Below are positions 1 through 12,756 of a stretch of DNA of 64,000 nt, in pieces (positions within the stretch are counted from its first letter, which is position 1; each line of letters opens with the position of its first letter). The stretch is from the human T2T-CHM13v2.0 reference genome, Homo sapiens, in assembly GCF_009914755.1 (NCBI RefSeq), contig NC_060925.1, one strand, 5' to 3'. The notes beneath the pieces were generated by a model. It was not told the DNA's origin. It did not search any database and saw nothing but the letters and a program-made list of their open reading frames with translations. Position numbers and translations under genes: made by a program.

Positions 1-92
1 CAGGCTGGTCTCAAACTCCTGACCTCAAGTGATCCGCCTGCCTTGGCCTCCCAAAGTGCTAGGACTACAGGCGTGAGCAACCGCACCCAGCC
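1..92 (-). mobile_element. Alu (left-arm 5' end; truncated by window edge)
   Basis: caggctggtctcaaactcctgacctcaagtgatccgcctgccttggcctcccaaagtgct...cacccagcc is the reverse complement of the Alu 5' end. Confidence 0.95.
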
Positions 93-469
93 CCATTTGA
101 GTTCTGGATCATTATTGCTTGTTGGCAGCTGAGTCCTGGGCAGAGCCTTGGGGACACAAACGGATGACAGATGATGTGGGCGTGGTCAGAAGGAGCTCCC
201 AGCCAGGTGAGGAGACAGCCATATGAGATCCCACAGAAGCACAGAAAGCAGTGGGGCCCAAGGACCAGCCAGGAGCCCCAGGAGAGCAGGGCCCTTTCTG
301 TCTTTTATCCACCTCAGGAGAAGCTGGGATTTCATCATCCTGTTTGTAAGTTAGCGAATGAACAAATGAAGAACGAATGAATGGATGGTGGCATTGATAA
401 ATTCTGACAAGACAAGAGAAGGAAGCACAGAAAAGCTAACACCTTAAATATTAGTATCCTTGTATTATT

Positions 470-545
470 ATTGTGTGACGTTGGACAAGCCCCTTGCCCT
501 CTCTGGGCCTCCGTTTCCCCCTCTGTAAAACAAGTGATCCTGAAG
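470..545 (+). mobile_element. MIR core fragment
   Basis: tgtgtgacgttggacaagccccttgccctctctgggcctccgtttccccctctgtaaaa matches the MIR core. Confidence 0.75.
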
Positions 546-1169
546 CGTCACGGCAACTCACCCATTCTAAGCTCTTCCATATTGGACAGGAAGAGGGGCT
601 GAGACACCCCTGTTGGGCCCTGCACAGGTGCAGCCATTGGCCTGGGCTGCATCCAGGATTTGAGGGGGGACATGCACCTGCACCAGGATGGGACAGGAGT
701 GAGGGTGCACGACGTAAGCAGCAGATCACCCACGGAGGCCAGGCTGACAAATTATCAGTACGGTTCTCACACTCACCCCCTCCACTCCAGGAGGAAACAG
801 ATACTCCTGTCTCCTTCAGAAGAAGCTTGCTTAGGACGTGGGGGATCTGACGGGCCCCTCAGGCAGGGAGGCAGAGGGACAGTGGCTCCAAGTGCCTGGA
901 AGTCTGTCTCTGCTTACCCACGGCCACCCTTTGCTCAGGCTGGTCCCCTCTCCTGATGTGTCTTCTGCCTTCCTAGGCAATGGGTGTGAGGAACTGGGAC
1001 CACAAAGGTGAGTGGAACCCAACCTGTGTTCGAGACATACACACAGAGACTGTGACAGGAGCAATAAGAAAAGCCAGTGTCTACTGAGCTCAATCCTCCA
1101 AGCCCTTCACTTCAATTACCTCTTTTATTCCCCCCAGCCCCCTAGAGAAGTAGATGAGTTAGTTGGGAC

Positions 1170-2120
<951 letters not shown>

Positions 2121-3179
2121 AAGAGCTCAGTTTCCTAAATGAAGGGTAAAGGTGGTACTATACACAGAGGAGGAAGGGATGACTAGGGAATAAAAACAGC
2201 ATGTGTTGATCACAGTAGATATTATTAATCCTACCTTACAAAGGAAGAAACTAAGTGTCAGAGAGAATCTAAACAACCCTAGCAGATTAGCATGTGGCAG
2301 ACTGGGCACTCAACAGCCCTTCACCATGACCACTAAGCTACAACGCTTCCCAGGGACGCAGGCCTCTGCAAGCACCTCCAGCAACCCCAGGCCTCAAATC
2401 CAACAGGTTTAAACTCATAATTCCATCCCAAACAGGACAATTCTCAAAGCTCAGGCACTGAGGCCCCTGGAAGGCCCCAGAGCTTACAAACCTAATCATA
2501 ATGATAGATTTAATTTGAAGGTCCCTTTTTCCCAGACCACAGTGAACTGAGCATGCTGTCCGTGGCAATTTCTTGTCAATTGAGCCAGGCTGAGCATGAG
2601 TGCATCAAAGGGAACAGAGTCCAGGTAGGTGTTGCCAGGGGAGACAGCAGCCTGGAGGTGGCTGAAGTGTGAGCTGTCTGGCATGTGGGCACGTTCCCTG
2701 GTGAGGCACACAGCTCAGAGCGCTCAAAGCAGCCAGAGCCTCCCTGGTCTCCACTTCCAGTCCCAGTCAGTCTTTAAGGGATGTTGCACAGCACGTCACT
2801 ACTAAGCCTCAGGCCAAACCCCTTCATTTTGCTGATGAGAAAACAGAGCCCTGAGAGGTCCAGGTGCTTGTTCAAGGTCAGAGAGTAAGTCAGAGGTGAA
2901 GCAAGACGCGCGGAGGGAAGGCAGATTCGCTGCCAGGCACTGCGATGGGCGCTGTTACAAACTTCACTTAATTGAATCCTTGGGCAATGATGAGTCCCTT
3001 TTCATTCATGGGAAAAGTGATACTGTTTCTGAGTGTCACACATCTAGGAAGCGACAGAGCAGGTTTGGAACTGATTGGTACAGAAGCCAAGGCCTGGCCC
3101 CTGCGCTGCTCATGTGTCCAGTCGTCTCTTTGCTCCCTCCCCACTGGAGAGCGTGCCTCTGTGCCAGGCTGAAGCCCTG

Positions 3180-3586
3180 CCCGCTGCAATCCCACACTCC
3201 CTGGAGCACCAGTTCCATCTAGCTTCAGACAATGGGAGGTGCTGGCAGAAGGTTGCAAGCCCAGAGAAGTGGGGAGAAGCTGCTATTCTCCTTTCTCTTC
3301 ACTCCTGGTGATGGAGGCTGCCGTGGCTCGTGGTTCTGGCAGCTGCAAGAACTTCTGTGATCTTGGCAACAGCCATGGCAGCCCCCTTTCAACCAGAGTC
3401 AACAGCAGTGTCCTGCCAGCCCTGGATGTCAGCTGTCCCTGAGTTGCTCATCCCTGGGCTGCCATCCCTTCCCTTTCTGCTCCTTCAGCCCTTTCCACCC
3501 TTCTACGGCCAGTGTCTACATTAGCCCTCCTCCTCTGGATGTGATCATGTTGTGGTTTAGCTTCCTACATGGACCCTGAATGGTGC
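3180..3586 (+). mobile_element. ERVL-class LTR (LTR33-like)
   Basis: caatgggaggtgctggcagaagg..., ends gtggtttagcttcctacatggaccctgaatggtgca like ERVL LTR 3' ends; immediately followed by ERVL internal sequence. Confidence 0.5.
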
Positions 3587-3589
3587 AGC

Positions 3590-5880
3590 ACGGAGCACCA
3601 CCAGGATTGTTCCTGGAAGATAAACCCTCAAAGGTGGGATTCGGGATGGGCTAAACAGCTGATTCACAGCAATGACCTAACTGACGGGGAACTGAGACAC
3701 TGGTGGTCCATGGTAAGCAGGGGCATCAAAGTTACCTAAATTACCACCTGTGTTCGCCTGGAAAGAGATGTCAGTTGAAGGCAAGACTTTAGCAGACCAA
3801 GCAGCCACTGCACTTTGCCACTAGAATCAATGCCTATGACATGGAACGTGGGGTGGGATGCGATTTCTGACTGTGCTGGAGAGATTTTAGGAAAAAAGCG
3901 ACAAGCTCTGAGCTTTAAACTTTCAGATCAAAGTGTCCTCAGAGAACCAGAGACATAGAAAGGCCCTAAAGAAATGTCTTGCCTTTTGTAGCCAGAGAAG
4001 ATACAGCTAAAAATCAAGCCCCAAATTTAATCCACATTGCAATCCAGTTTCATGGATGGAAGAATTACAACATAAATTGAACTCACACCCTTGCCACATC
4101 CCTTATGTGAAATCAATAAGGCATTGATTGAAAAAGAGAGGGACCCCCAGATGGGAATAAGAGTTCCGATTAATCTGAGAACCTCAAACTCCCAGCTCCC
4201 CTCAAGCCTCCTTTGCCTCTGTGTCCCTATTTGAAGCAACCAACCTCCCTTTGCTTGAAGATTCTATAATATTAAAAGATATTGAGGTGGTGAGTCTGTG
4301 AGTTCTATCACACTTTGTATGTTTCCGTTTAATTTGCCTGTGTCCTGTGCAGAAAGGAGGATTGATCTTGGAGAGAGATCATGAGTTATTATAAACTTGC
4401 TCAGGTGGTGGCACCTGATATTCCAGATGTCACATCTCTCCTGGAGGAGAAAATCAGCACAGCTCCTGGAACTACATGCAGCTATTGTTCTGGCAACTAC
4501 CAGAAGGAGTTCACTGTAACTCACAGCAGGGACAACAGGATATCCTGTCGTGCTTCAGAGCTGTGTCAACTCTCCTGCTAGGACAAAATCTAGACTGAAG
4601 GGACTTGGTGACTTATGACATCATGGACATCATGCTGATTCACCAGACTGTTGACATCATGCAGAATGCACTTGCCGTGCAGGAAGTAGACAGTACCTAA
4701 GAAGCTGTAACAAGACATATGCATGCCAGATGGTGGGAGTAAACCCCATTAAAGTCCAGGAGGCTGACACCTACATGAAGGTTCTGGGGTCCAACATTCT
4801 GGGGCACACTTGGATATTGTTTCTATAGTGACGGACAACTGGCACTGCCTTCCAAGGGGCAGACACAGCAACAGACCTGCAAGGATTGGGCTTTTCTCCT
4901 CCGTATGTGTCATCCTCTGGACAAGGATGCCACAAGGTCACTTGCATTCCACAAACCTAGAATAGACTCACAGGCCCAGGCCACCGCCTGCAAAGAAAGA
5001 AGTACAACATTTAGTGGGCTTCTCTGGATTTTGGAAGCAACACACCTGCCTCCTCCTCACCTTAGTGTGTGATGCTCTGAGCATTTTTACTGACTCATCT
5101 GTAAAGCTGCTGATTTTGAGTGGGCCCCAGGCAAGAAATGCTCCGCAGAAAGTCTAGGCTGCTGTGCTAGCTGCTCTGCCACTGGGGCATCTAATGATCC
5201 TCAAAGTGACCGTGACAGATGGAGCTGCTGTGGAATGTGTAGCAAGTCCCCATAGCATGGACCCTCAGGATACCGGAGTTGATCTTTGCACTCTTCTGAA
5301 GATAGGTGTTCTCCACGGGCATCAAGTCTCCATGACACATTAGCTGCCCATCCTAAGCCGGGTGTTATCTGATCCACTGAGCCATAAAGCTGACTGTGTG
5401 TGGCAGTAATTTGTCATCGAGTGGAAGTGATATATACAAATCTGTACTCCAGCAGGCCCTGAAAGCACGCATGCAGTGCACGTGCAAGTGGCTCGCATCA
5501 CCCGAGCACCTGCCCCTTCATCGCTGCTGTCCTCTTCACTCACACTAATGGCCTCCCTATGTGTGAGGCTCCCTATGATCAGTCAAATGAGCAAGAGAAA
5601 CTAAGTCTTGACTTCTAGGTAGCCCTAGATATTCTGGCACCATCTGGAAGTGGACTTCTGCAGTGTTTCAGCCCTACTCAGGAGTGTCGCTGAAAAATTG
5701 CGAGGAAGGGAAATCCTCCCAGCGGCCAGAACTTAGAATAGCCCATGCTTGCCTGCTCTGCCCGCTGGGCAGATGGATGGCGAGAGGTGAAGATCTACAT
5801 TGATTCACAGGCAGCATCTAACAGATTGAACAGATGATCAGGTAAATGGAAAGAACAGGATTAGAAATTTGGGAAGTAAA
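3590..5880 (+). mobile_element. Degenerate ERVL internal region (gag-side remnant plus pol)
   Basis: Collinear ERVL/MERVL-like pol peptide remnants from about 4270 to 5875, following an LTR. Confidence 0.8.
4270..5875 (+). pseudogene. pol: ERVL pol relic (RT, connection, RNase H) with many stops and frameshifts
   Basis: YYKLAQVVAPDIPDVTSLLE (cf. DYRKLNQVV..VPDVVSLLEQ), RHMHARWWE, LVGFSGFWKQH, KAADFEW, VLSDPLSHK, EGKSSQRPELR and VKIYIDS (cf. VRLYTDSW). Confidence 0.8.
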
Positions 5881-6074
5881 GATGCACTCAAATACAGCTC
5901 AGTCCCTGCCCCAAGGGGCCCGCTGGGATCGGCTGAGAATGCTGGACCCATTGATTTGGTCAGTAAATGCTCTAAGGGGAACAATACAGCAGTGAATACG
6001 TGGACCCAGTCCCCACCTTCCAGGAGCACCACACGGTAAATATCAAATCATGGCTGCACTCAGATTTTCACGCT

Positions 6075-6240
6075 TCAGCTCATTTAATCTTTGCATGCGC
6101 CATCTATCAGGATGAACTACTCTGATGCCACGTTGTACACAGGTGAGAAACTGAGGCTCGGGGAGGCTGAGTGGCCTGCCCAAGGTGCAGGTGGGATTTG
6201 CATTCATTTCTGTCTCACTCCAGATCACGTGTTCTCAACC
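6075..6240 (-). mobile_element. MIR
   Basis: acaggtgagaaactgaggctcggggaggctgagtggcctgcccaaggt. Confidence 0.7.
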
Positions 6241-6659
6241 ACTATGACAAAGGAAATCAAGCCTCATGTTTCTCAGGGCTGCCGAAAGAACCTTTTCATG
6301 GGTGCCTGGTGATTGCGAGCTTTCTGGTACCTCTCAGTTAATATGCAGCTGACCATGGAGGAATCGGCACTTGCTGAGTCCTGATTATGAGTCAGGGGCT
6401 TTCTGGTGCACTCTCCCATTCACCCACCCAACATCATCTCCATTTTACAGAGAGAAAATAGAGGCCCAAACAGTGCCTGGGGTTAGACAGCAACCAAGGG
6501 GAAGAGGCAGCAACAGAGCTCCAAGGATTGGGCTTTTCTCCTCCGTGTGTGTCATCCTTTGGACAAGGATGCCACGAGGTCACTTGCATTCCACAAACCT
6601 AGAATAGACTTGCAGGACTGGGCCACCACCTGAAAGCCCTCCAGTACTGCGCCCCTGCT

Positions 6660-6945
6660 CATGGCCATCACCCTTGCTCTTGCCCACAGCGCTCTGGTCA
6701 CTTGTCTCTTTGCTGATCCTCCTGTCCTTCCTTCAGAATGCTCCCCTTGCCTCCCACCCCACACCTCCACGTGTCTCATTTCTCACTTCATTCAGATCTC
6801 TATTCAGACAGCACATCCCCTAAAAGACCTTCCCTCTACAAGATCTAAAACCCACTCACACTCCCTTTATGTTTTATTATTCTTCACAGCTCCTATCAAT
6901 AATTAATCATCAATAAATAACCATTTATGTGCTCATTGAATATGT
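6660..6945 (+). mobile_element. L2 3' fragment
   Basis: gaatgctcccct...cacttcattcagatctctattcagacagcacatcccctaaaagaccttccct is L2-like. Confidence 0.55.
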
Positions 6946-6954
6946 TTTCCTTCT

Positions 6955-7330
6955 TTTATGTTGGGTTCCCCCAAGAGCAGAACTTGAGAGAAAGATATAG
7001 GAGTATTTGTTTGGGAGATGCAGGCAGGTCTAGAGGGGGAGGAAGGAAGTGAGCGAGAGAAGAGGAGGATGCACAGTTAAGCCAGCCACCACAGTGGGCA
7101 GCTGGAGTCCGTCCCACTGGGGACCCTGAGGACGATCCTGCCTGAAGGGTGAAGGGGCTGCGGCATGCACGCACCAACTCTTGAGAGGCATTGGTCAGGA
7201 GCTGCTCCCAGCAGCTGTCAATTCCCTGGGACTCTGGCCAACTGGCCATCCAAGGTTCTGGAAGGAGCCTTCCCTCAAGGATTCCAGAAGCTGACCATCC
7301 TGCTCCAGCCCTTCTCAGGATTCTTGGGCA
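6955..7330 (-). mobile_element. LTR16-family ERVL LTR
   Basis: tgttgggttcccccaagagcagaacttgagagaaagat...atttgtttgggag is the reverse complement of the LTR16 3' end. Confidence 0.55.
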
Positions 7331-7852
7331 TAATCAAGTACAATGGGATGAAGCCACAGGGAGTACCTGAGTGTGAGGTGCCTGGAGTCTGAGGATTAGG
7401 AGAGGAGAGATGCTGGCAGAAGTCAAACCTACACCCGCAAGTGGTTCTGGGGGTCCCTGTCCAGCAGTGGAGCCGGCAACAGCCAAAGTTCTCTCCACCT
7501 GTCACCCAGAGGCCAGTTGTGGACTTGTGTGGGGTCTCCATCAAATCAGGGGAGTTGAAGTAGATGACCCCTACGGCCTCCTTCCCCACCTTCCCCAGTA
7601 TGTATTGTGGCCTCTGGACACAATCCGAGCTCCCCTGGGAGCTGGCACCTTGTGTCCCCGCCAGACCATGGGCTCCTCCTGGGCAGGCCAGAGTCTCTGC
7701 TGTTCTCATTTCTGTTCCTTCCAAACCACCCTGCAGTGTAGGCCTGACCAACCTGGAGTGAGGCCTGGTTATCGCAGGTCCCCACGGCCTCTTCCAACGT
7801 GGCCTCTTGAGGATAGTGACAGCCATGCTCCCAGGACTGTGGGGGGGGGGAG

Positions 7853-8095
7853 GTGTGTGCATGAGCACATGTGTGTGTCTGTGTGTTTGTGTGTGTCTGC
7901 ATGTTTGTTTGTGTGTGTGTCTGTATGTCTCTGTGTGTCTGTGTATGTGTGTGTCTGTGTCTGTATGTGTGTCTATGTGTGACTGTGTCTGCATGTGTAT
8001 CTGTGTCTGTGTGTATGTGCCTGTGTGTGTCTGTGTGTGTGTGTGTGTGTGTCAGTGTGCATGTGTCTGTGTGTGTGTGTGTGTGTGTGTGTATG
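7853..8095. repeat. Imperfect (TG)n microsatellite, about 240 bp
   Basis: Direct inspection. Confidence 0.95.
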
Positions 8096-9154
8096 TAACA
8101 GAGCAAGAAGGAACTGAAGGCACAGCCACAGCATCCAGCAGGGGCATCCAGACGGCCCCTCCCAGACCCCTGGTCCTGTGTCCTCCTGATTCTGAGCTCT
8201 GGAGATGAAAAGGCACATACGAGAGGGGAGCTCCCCCAGGCCACAGACCAGGCAGCACCAGAGCTGGGACGGGACCCCAGGGCCCCAGACTCCCCTCCCA
8301 AAAGGCCACCATGGCGATGCTCTGGCCCCGCGTGCCCAGCAGCCCTCCCACCACTTCAGACACAGGCCAGGGCGTCATCTCTAAGTGTGCGCCCCCTCTG
8401 TGCTGGGGCAGCTGCATTCTTTTAAATAACTATCAAGGGGAGGATGGAATTAGGACACCCAAGAGAAGCCCACGCCTTGTGAGATGAGGCGCTCCACCCT
8501 CCTACCTTCCCTGTCGGCACTCAGACTAATTCAAAGTAATTAAATATTCCATAGTTTTCTTTTAAACATTTCAATAAATGTTTATGAAAACCAATTGACA
8601 TTTTCTATATTTAATGCATAATAACTAGTCTTATAAATCTAAATTATCCCCATAAATCTAAATTAAATGCCCAGGTTTACATGTATTCAAGACACCTAAT
8701 TAATAAAGTACTGGCAATAACCATTACTAACCTGTTAACTTCGAGCTGACCTTCGTTTTCATAGGATGTTTTTGTGCCATGTGTGGTGGGAAGGAGGGAG
8801 CACGGGCTTCCTGGGCAGTTTGCTTGCAGCTGTCGGCATTTTCCAATTTCACGGCGCCCTCCAGAGCTGCCTGGGCCTCTTTGTGCCTGGCTTCCTCCAG
8901 CCTTTGGATCACCTCCCTGCCCAGGTTGGAGAAGGAGGTGACCGGAGCGGCCTGCAAGTGAGGACATAGGCAGGAATCTAGAGGCCTGGCTTGGCCACTA
9001 ATGTGCTGTGTGATCTCGGACAATTGGCTTGCCCTCTCTGGACCTCACTTTCCTCTTCTTCATAATCAGGCAAGGACAAGTTCATCACAAGGGCCTTTTC
9101 ACCAATTATGGGGAGAGTCTTGGGTGTGGGTAGGTTGGTCCATGACATATGAGC

Positions 9155-9275
9155 AGTGTGAACTTAGGCAAGTGATTTAACTTCTTTGTGCCTCAGTTTC
9201 CTCATCTGTACAATGGGGACAGTAACAGCACCTTCCTCACAGGGCTGTGTAACGTGCTTAGTTCAAGGCCTGATA
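9155..9275 (+). mobile_element. MIR
   Basis: gtgtgaacttaggcaagtgatttaacttctttgtgcctcagtttcctcatctgtacaatgggg. Confidence 0.85.
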
Positions 9276-9914
9276 GTTGAGTCCCTGTGGGGGCAGCTGT
9301 GGTTATTCTCCCAGGGTGGCTGGTCCTCTGCCATTGTAAAGGTTGTCAGATCCGATGGAGGATTTGTGGGGAGGGATGGGACAGCAGGGACAACGTGGGA
9401 TGGGAACACCGGCAGCCAGAGCTGGAGGGAAGCTGTCAGGGGATGGAGGGGCTTCTCTGGGCTGTGTCCTCCAGAGGACAGAAGGCCCTGCCCCTGCCCG
9501 GCCCCCAGGGTTGGTCCTCTGGTGTCAGACCTGTTAGGACACGAGCTGGGTCGATTGAGAGAGAACAGTATCGGGGAAGCTCAGCCTCTAAGTGACGCCC
9601 CCATTCCTACATGTCACTGAGCGCCCACCCGAGTGCTGAGCCCCAAGGTCTGCACCATGTCACCCTCCACCTCCCCACCCTCCACCACCCACAGCCAAAT
9701 GATCACCAGCTTGGTGCCAGGCCCTTCCCTCATCCTGGCTGCCCCCACCTTGGTCCCTGGAACCCTCAGTCACACAAGCCATGGTGAACACCAAGACCGC
9801 CTCACAGCCCAGGCTCCACCTCCCCACAGCTGACCCCTCACCCAACTCTCCCTACAGCTCTCCTTCCTCTCAACCTCTCCCGCTACAGCAACCCCTACAT
9901 TCTACCTCTGCCCC

Positions 9915-10200
9915 AGCCCACCTGACACTCCACCCCTTCCCAAGTCCACCCTTCCCTCCACCCCTCCCCCAGCCCACCCCTCCCTCCACCTCTCCCCTAG
10001 CCCACCCTTCCTCACCCCTCCCCCAGCCCACTCTTCCCTCCACCCCTCCCCCAGCTCACCCCTCCCTCCACCTCTCCCCTAGCCCACCCTTCCCTCCACC
10101 CCTTCCCCAGCCCACCCTTCCCTCCACTCCTCCCCCAGCCCTCCCTTCCCTCCACCCCTCCCCCAGCCCTCCCTTCCCTCCACTCCTCCCCCAGCGCACC
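9915..10200. repeat. C-rich minisatellite, about 28 bp unit, about 9-10 copies
   Basis: Unit agcccacccttccctccacccctccccc repeated with variants. Confidence 0.9.
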
Positions 10201-11345
10201 TGATACTCCACCCCTCCCCTACACCAGCTCCCTACAGGCCACCCCATGCAGCCGTGTCCCTGGGCTTGGTGCATCTCACACCTCAGCCGCCTTCTTGGCC
10301 CCTGCTGTGATTGAGATGATGCATTTCCTCTCATGTTAACTTTTATTACTTATTGATTTTTCTCTGATCTGGCTCGGCTGTGTCCATTTTTATTTGATCG
10401 AACAAGTAGAAGCCATTCAGTGGGAAAAGCAGAGTTTAAAATTCCGTGACCACAAACGAGGATCCATATTAATGGGCTCATCCCCTTCGAGGGGGCAGGA
10501 GAAGGCACCAGCCTGTCACTCAGCTGTCACTGCTGGGCTGGGAGAGCCTGAGGAGGGGACTTTTTTCCAACATCCCATTGAAGGGGCTTCGAGAGAACCG
10601 GGCTCTGGAGGCTGCTTGGTGAGGGCCCTGGATCTGGGTCTAGGATGGGAATGCTCCCTTGTGTGACCAGAGGACCTTGGACAGTCCTGGAGGCACTGAC
10701 AGGGCTATGTCTGAAGTGGAGGCTGAGGGGGATCTTGGAGGGAGGCTCAGCAGGGGTCAGACAGGACAGGATGGGGGTTACAGGGAAGGAAACAAGTGAA
10801 GCCAAGGCCAGGACCCAATGGAGGCAGAGACTCTGAGCTGAGCATTCATGTGTGCTGGGAGCTCCCAGGGTGTCCTCTCACCCACCCCCCACAAACCCCG
10901 AGGGACGTGTCCAGGGTCCCAGCTGCCAGGCAGGGCAATAGAGCTGGGAGGGGAGCCCTGAGCTGAGTCCCCAGCCCCAAGCATCCTGCTTTCTCCTCCT
11001 GAGGTCAGGCCATCATGGTGGCCAACCTCTGTGCAACCACAGAGAGAGGTCCTGGGGTGGAGGGACCTCTCCACCATGTCCACCCCTCCACCATGTCGTG
11101 GTGGAGGGAGCGCTGTGTTGGGGTGTGGAGATCTGGAGCCACCTCTGGGCCCTCCACCTACTAAACAGGGACCTGGGCAAGTCCTTCACCTCCCTGTGCT
11201 GGGTTTCCTCTCCTTTGATGGGGGAATGGTAGGACCTGCCTCTTGGAGTTGTTGGAGGAGGACTGGTAATGATGTCTTGTCAAACAGCCCTTCACTGCAC
11301 AGTGCCTGGGCCATGTGGGTTCAATGGGGGATTCAGGGGGAGCTG

Positions 11346-11352
11346 TGATGAC

Positions 11353-11384
<32 letters not shown>

Positions 11385-11412
11385 CGACGATGATGGAGGT
11401 GGTGATGATGGT
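11346..11412. repeat. (GAT)n microsatellite
   Basis: Direct inspection. Confidence 0.9.
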
Positions 11413-11448
11413 TGTGTTAAAGTTCTCCAGAGAAACAGAACCCTTTAA

Positions 11449-11493
<45 letters not shown>

Positions 11494-11860
11494 CGTGTGT
11501 CTGTGAGAGAGAGAGAGAAGAGGAGAAAGACAGAGTTTTCTTTTAAAGAACTGGCTAATGTGATCATGGAGGCTGGCAAGTCCAAAATCTGCAGTGCAGG
11601 CTGGCAGGCTGGAGACCCAGGAAGAGTTGATGTTGTGGCTCAGGTTTCAAGGTCACCTGCCAGCAGAATTCCTTCTTATTCAGGGAAGGTTGTCTTTTTC
11701 CTCTTACATCCTCCAACTAATTGGATAAGGTTCAGTCACATTATTCAGATTTAAATTTTAATCATATCCAAAAAAATTCCTTCGCAGCAACGTCCAGATT
11801 CGTGTTTGACCAAAAATCTGGGCTCCATGGCCTAACCAAGTTGGCACATTAACCATCACA
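11413..11860 (-). mobile_element. MLT2 (ERVL) solo LTR containing internal (TG)n(AG)n
   Basis: tgtgttaaagttctccagagaaacagaacc...gttggcacattaaccatcaca; perfect 5 bp TSD ATGGT (11408-11412 / 11861-11865). Confidence 0.88.
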
Positions 11861-12003
11861 ATGGTGATAATGGTGATTGAGGGAGAAGAAGAGGATACAG
11901 GCAGAAAACCACCACTGACATCTGACCCTTCCCCCTAATTATCCATCCCCATAATGCAATAGCCTCCTCCTCCAGGGCCCTGCTCCCAGCTGCAAGTCCC
12001 CTG

Positions 12004-12644
12004 TGTTGGGGAAAAGGTGAGTGTTGGGAAAAAAGCTGAGGCAGGGCTTGCAGGTCTGACATAATGTAAAAGAGTCTTGGAACATGTCCGGGGTCCAGGG
12101 TCTAAAACCCTTTGTGGCCTTTGGAACACCAAGCTCTGTGCCAAAGGGTGGAAGGCTGCCCTGCCGCACCACAATCTAAGCCCAGGATATAAAACCCCTC
12201 ATGGCTTGGATGGAATCCAGGGCTCAGGGCATAAAACCCCTCGTGGCCTCTGGAATGTGTCTAGACTTGCTGGCTTCTTGCTTCTAGCACTCCCAGTCTC
12301 ATAGATAGATTGTATCTTAAACTAGAAGAACATGTTTCCTATTATCTCAAGTAGCAGAACATACATGTTTCATATGCTTCAAAGAAAATACTAAACTGTC
12401 ACAGCTGTAGATCATGCACTTGATACATCGCTTTCTTTCAACCCCCACATCCTCACCACCTGCTTCTTTGTTTGATCATCAATAAATAGTGTGGGATACC
12501 AGAGCTCGAGGCATTCTCAGCCTCCATACTAGCGTTGGCCCCCTGGTCCCACTTTATGCGCTCTTAACTTGTCTTGTCTCATTCCTTTGACTCCACCAGA
12601 CTTCATAGCCCCCCGGCCTGGTGTTGGGTCTGATCACCCCAACA
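12004..12644 (+). mobile_element. HERV-K-class solo LTR (LTR14B-like, HML-1)
   Basis: TGTTGGG...CCCAACA inverted termini, repeated taaaacccct elements, AATAAA at 12481, TSD CCCTG (11999-12003 / 12645-12649). Confidence 0.8.
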
Positions 12645-12756
12645 CCCTGCTTCTGTGCTGTGTCGGGGTCATGTTGGGCCTTCCCTGGACTATCATTTCC
12701 ACAGCTGCAGGGCCTGGATCTGTCTCAGTCCCAGGTCTATCCCCAGCAGAAGGCTC

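Noticed and set aside
7275-8417. Long ORFs of 190-251 aa on both strands
   Set aside because: They are kept open by the (TG)n repeat and GC-rich sequence, with no recognisable protein domain
9915-10200. CRISPR-like 28 bp repeat array
   Set aside because: Tandem units with no unique spacers, in a primate genome; it is a minisatellite
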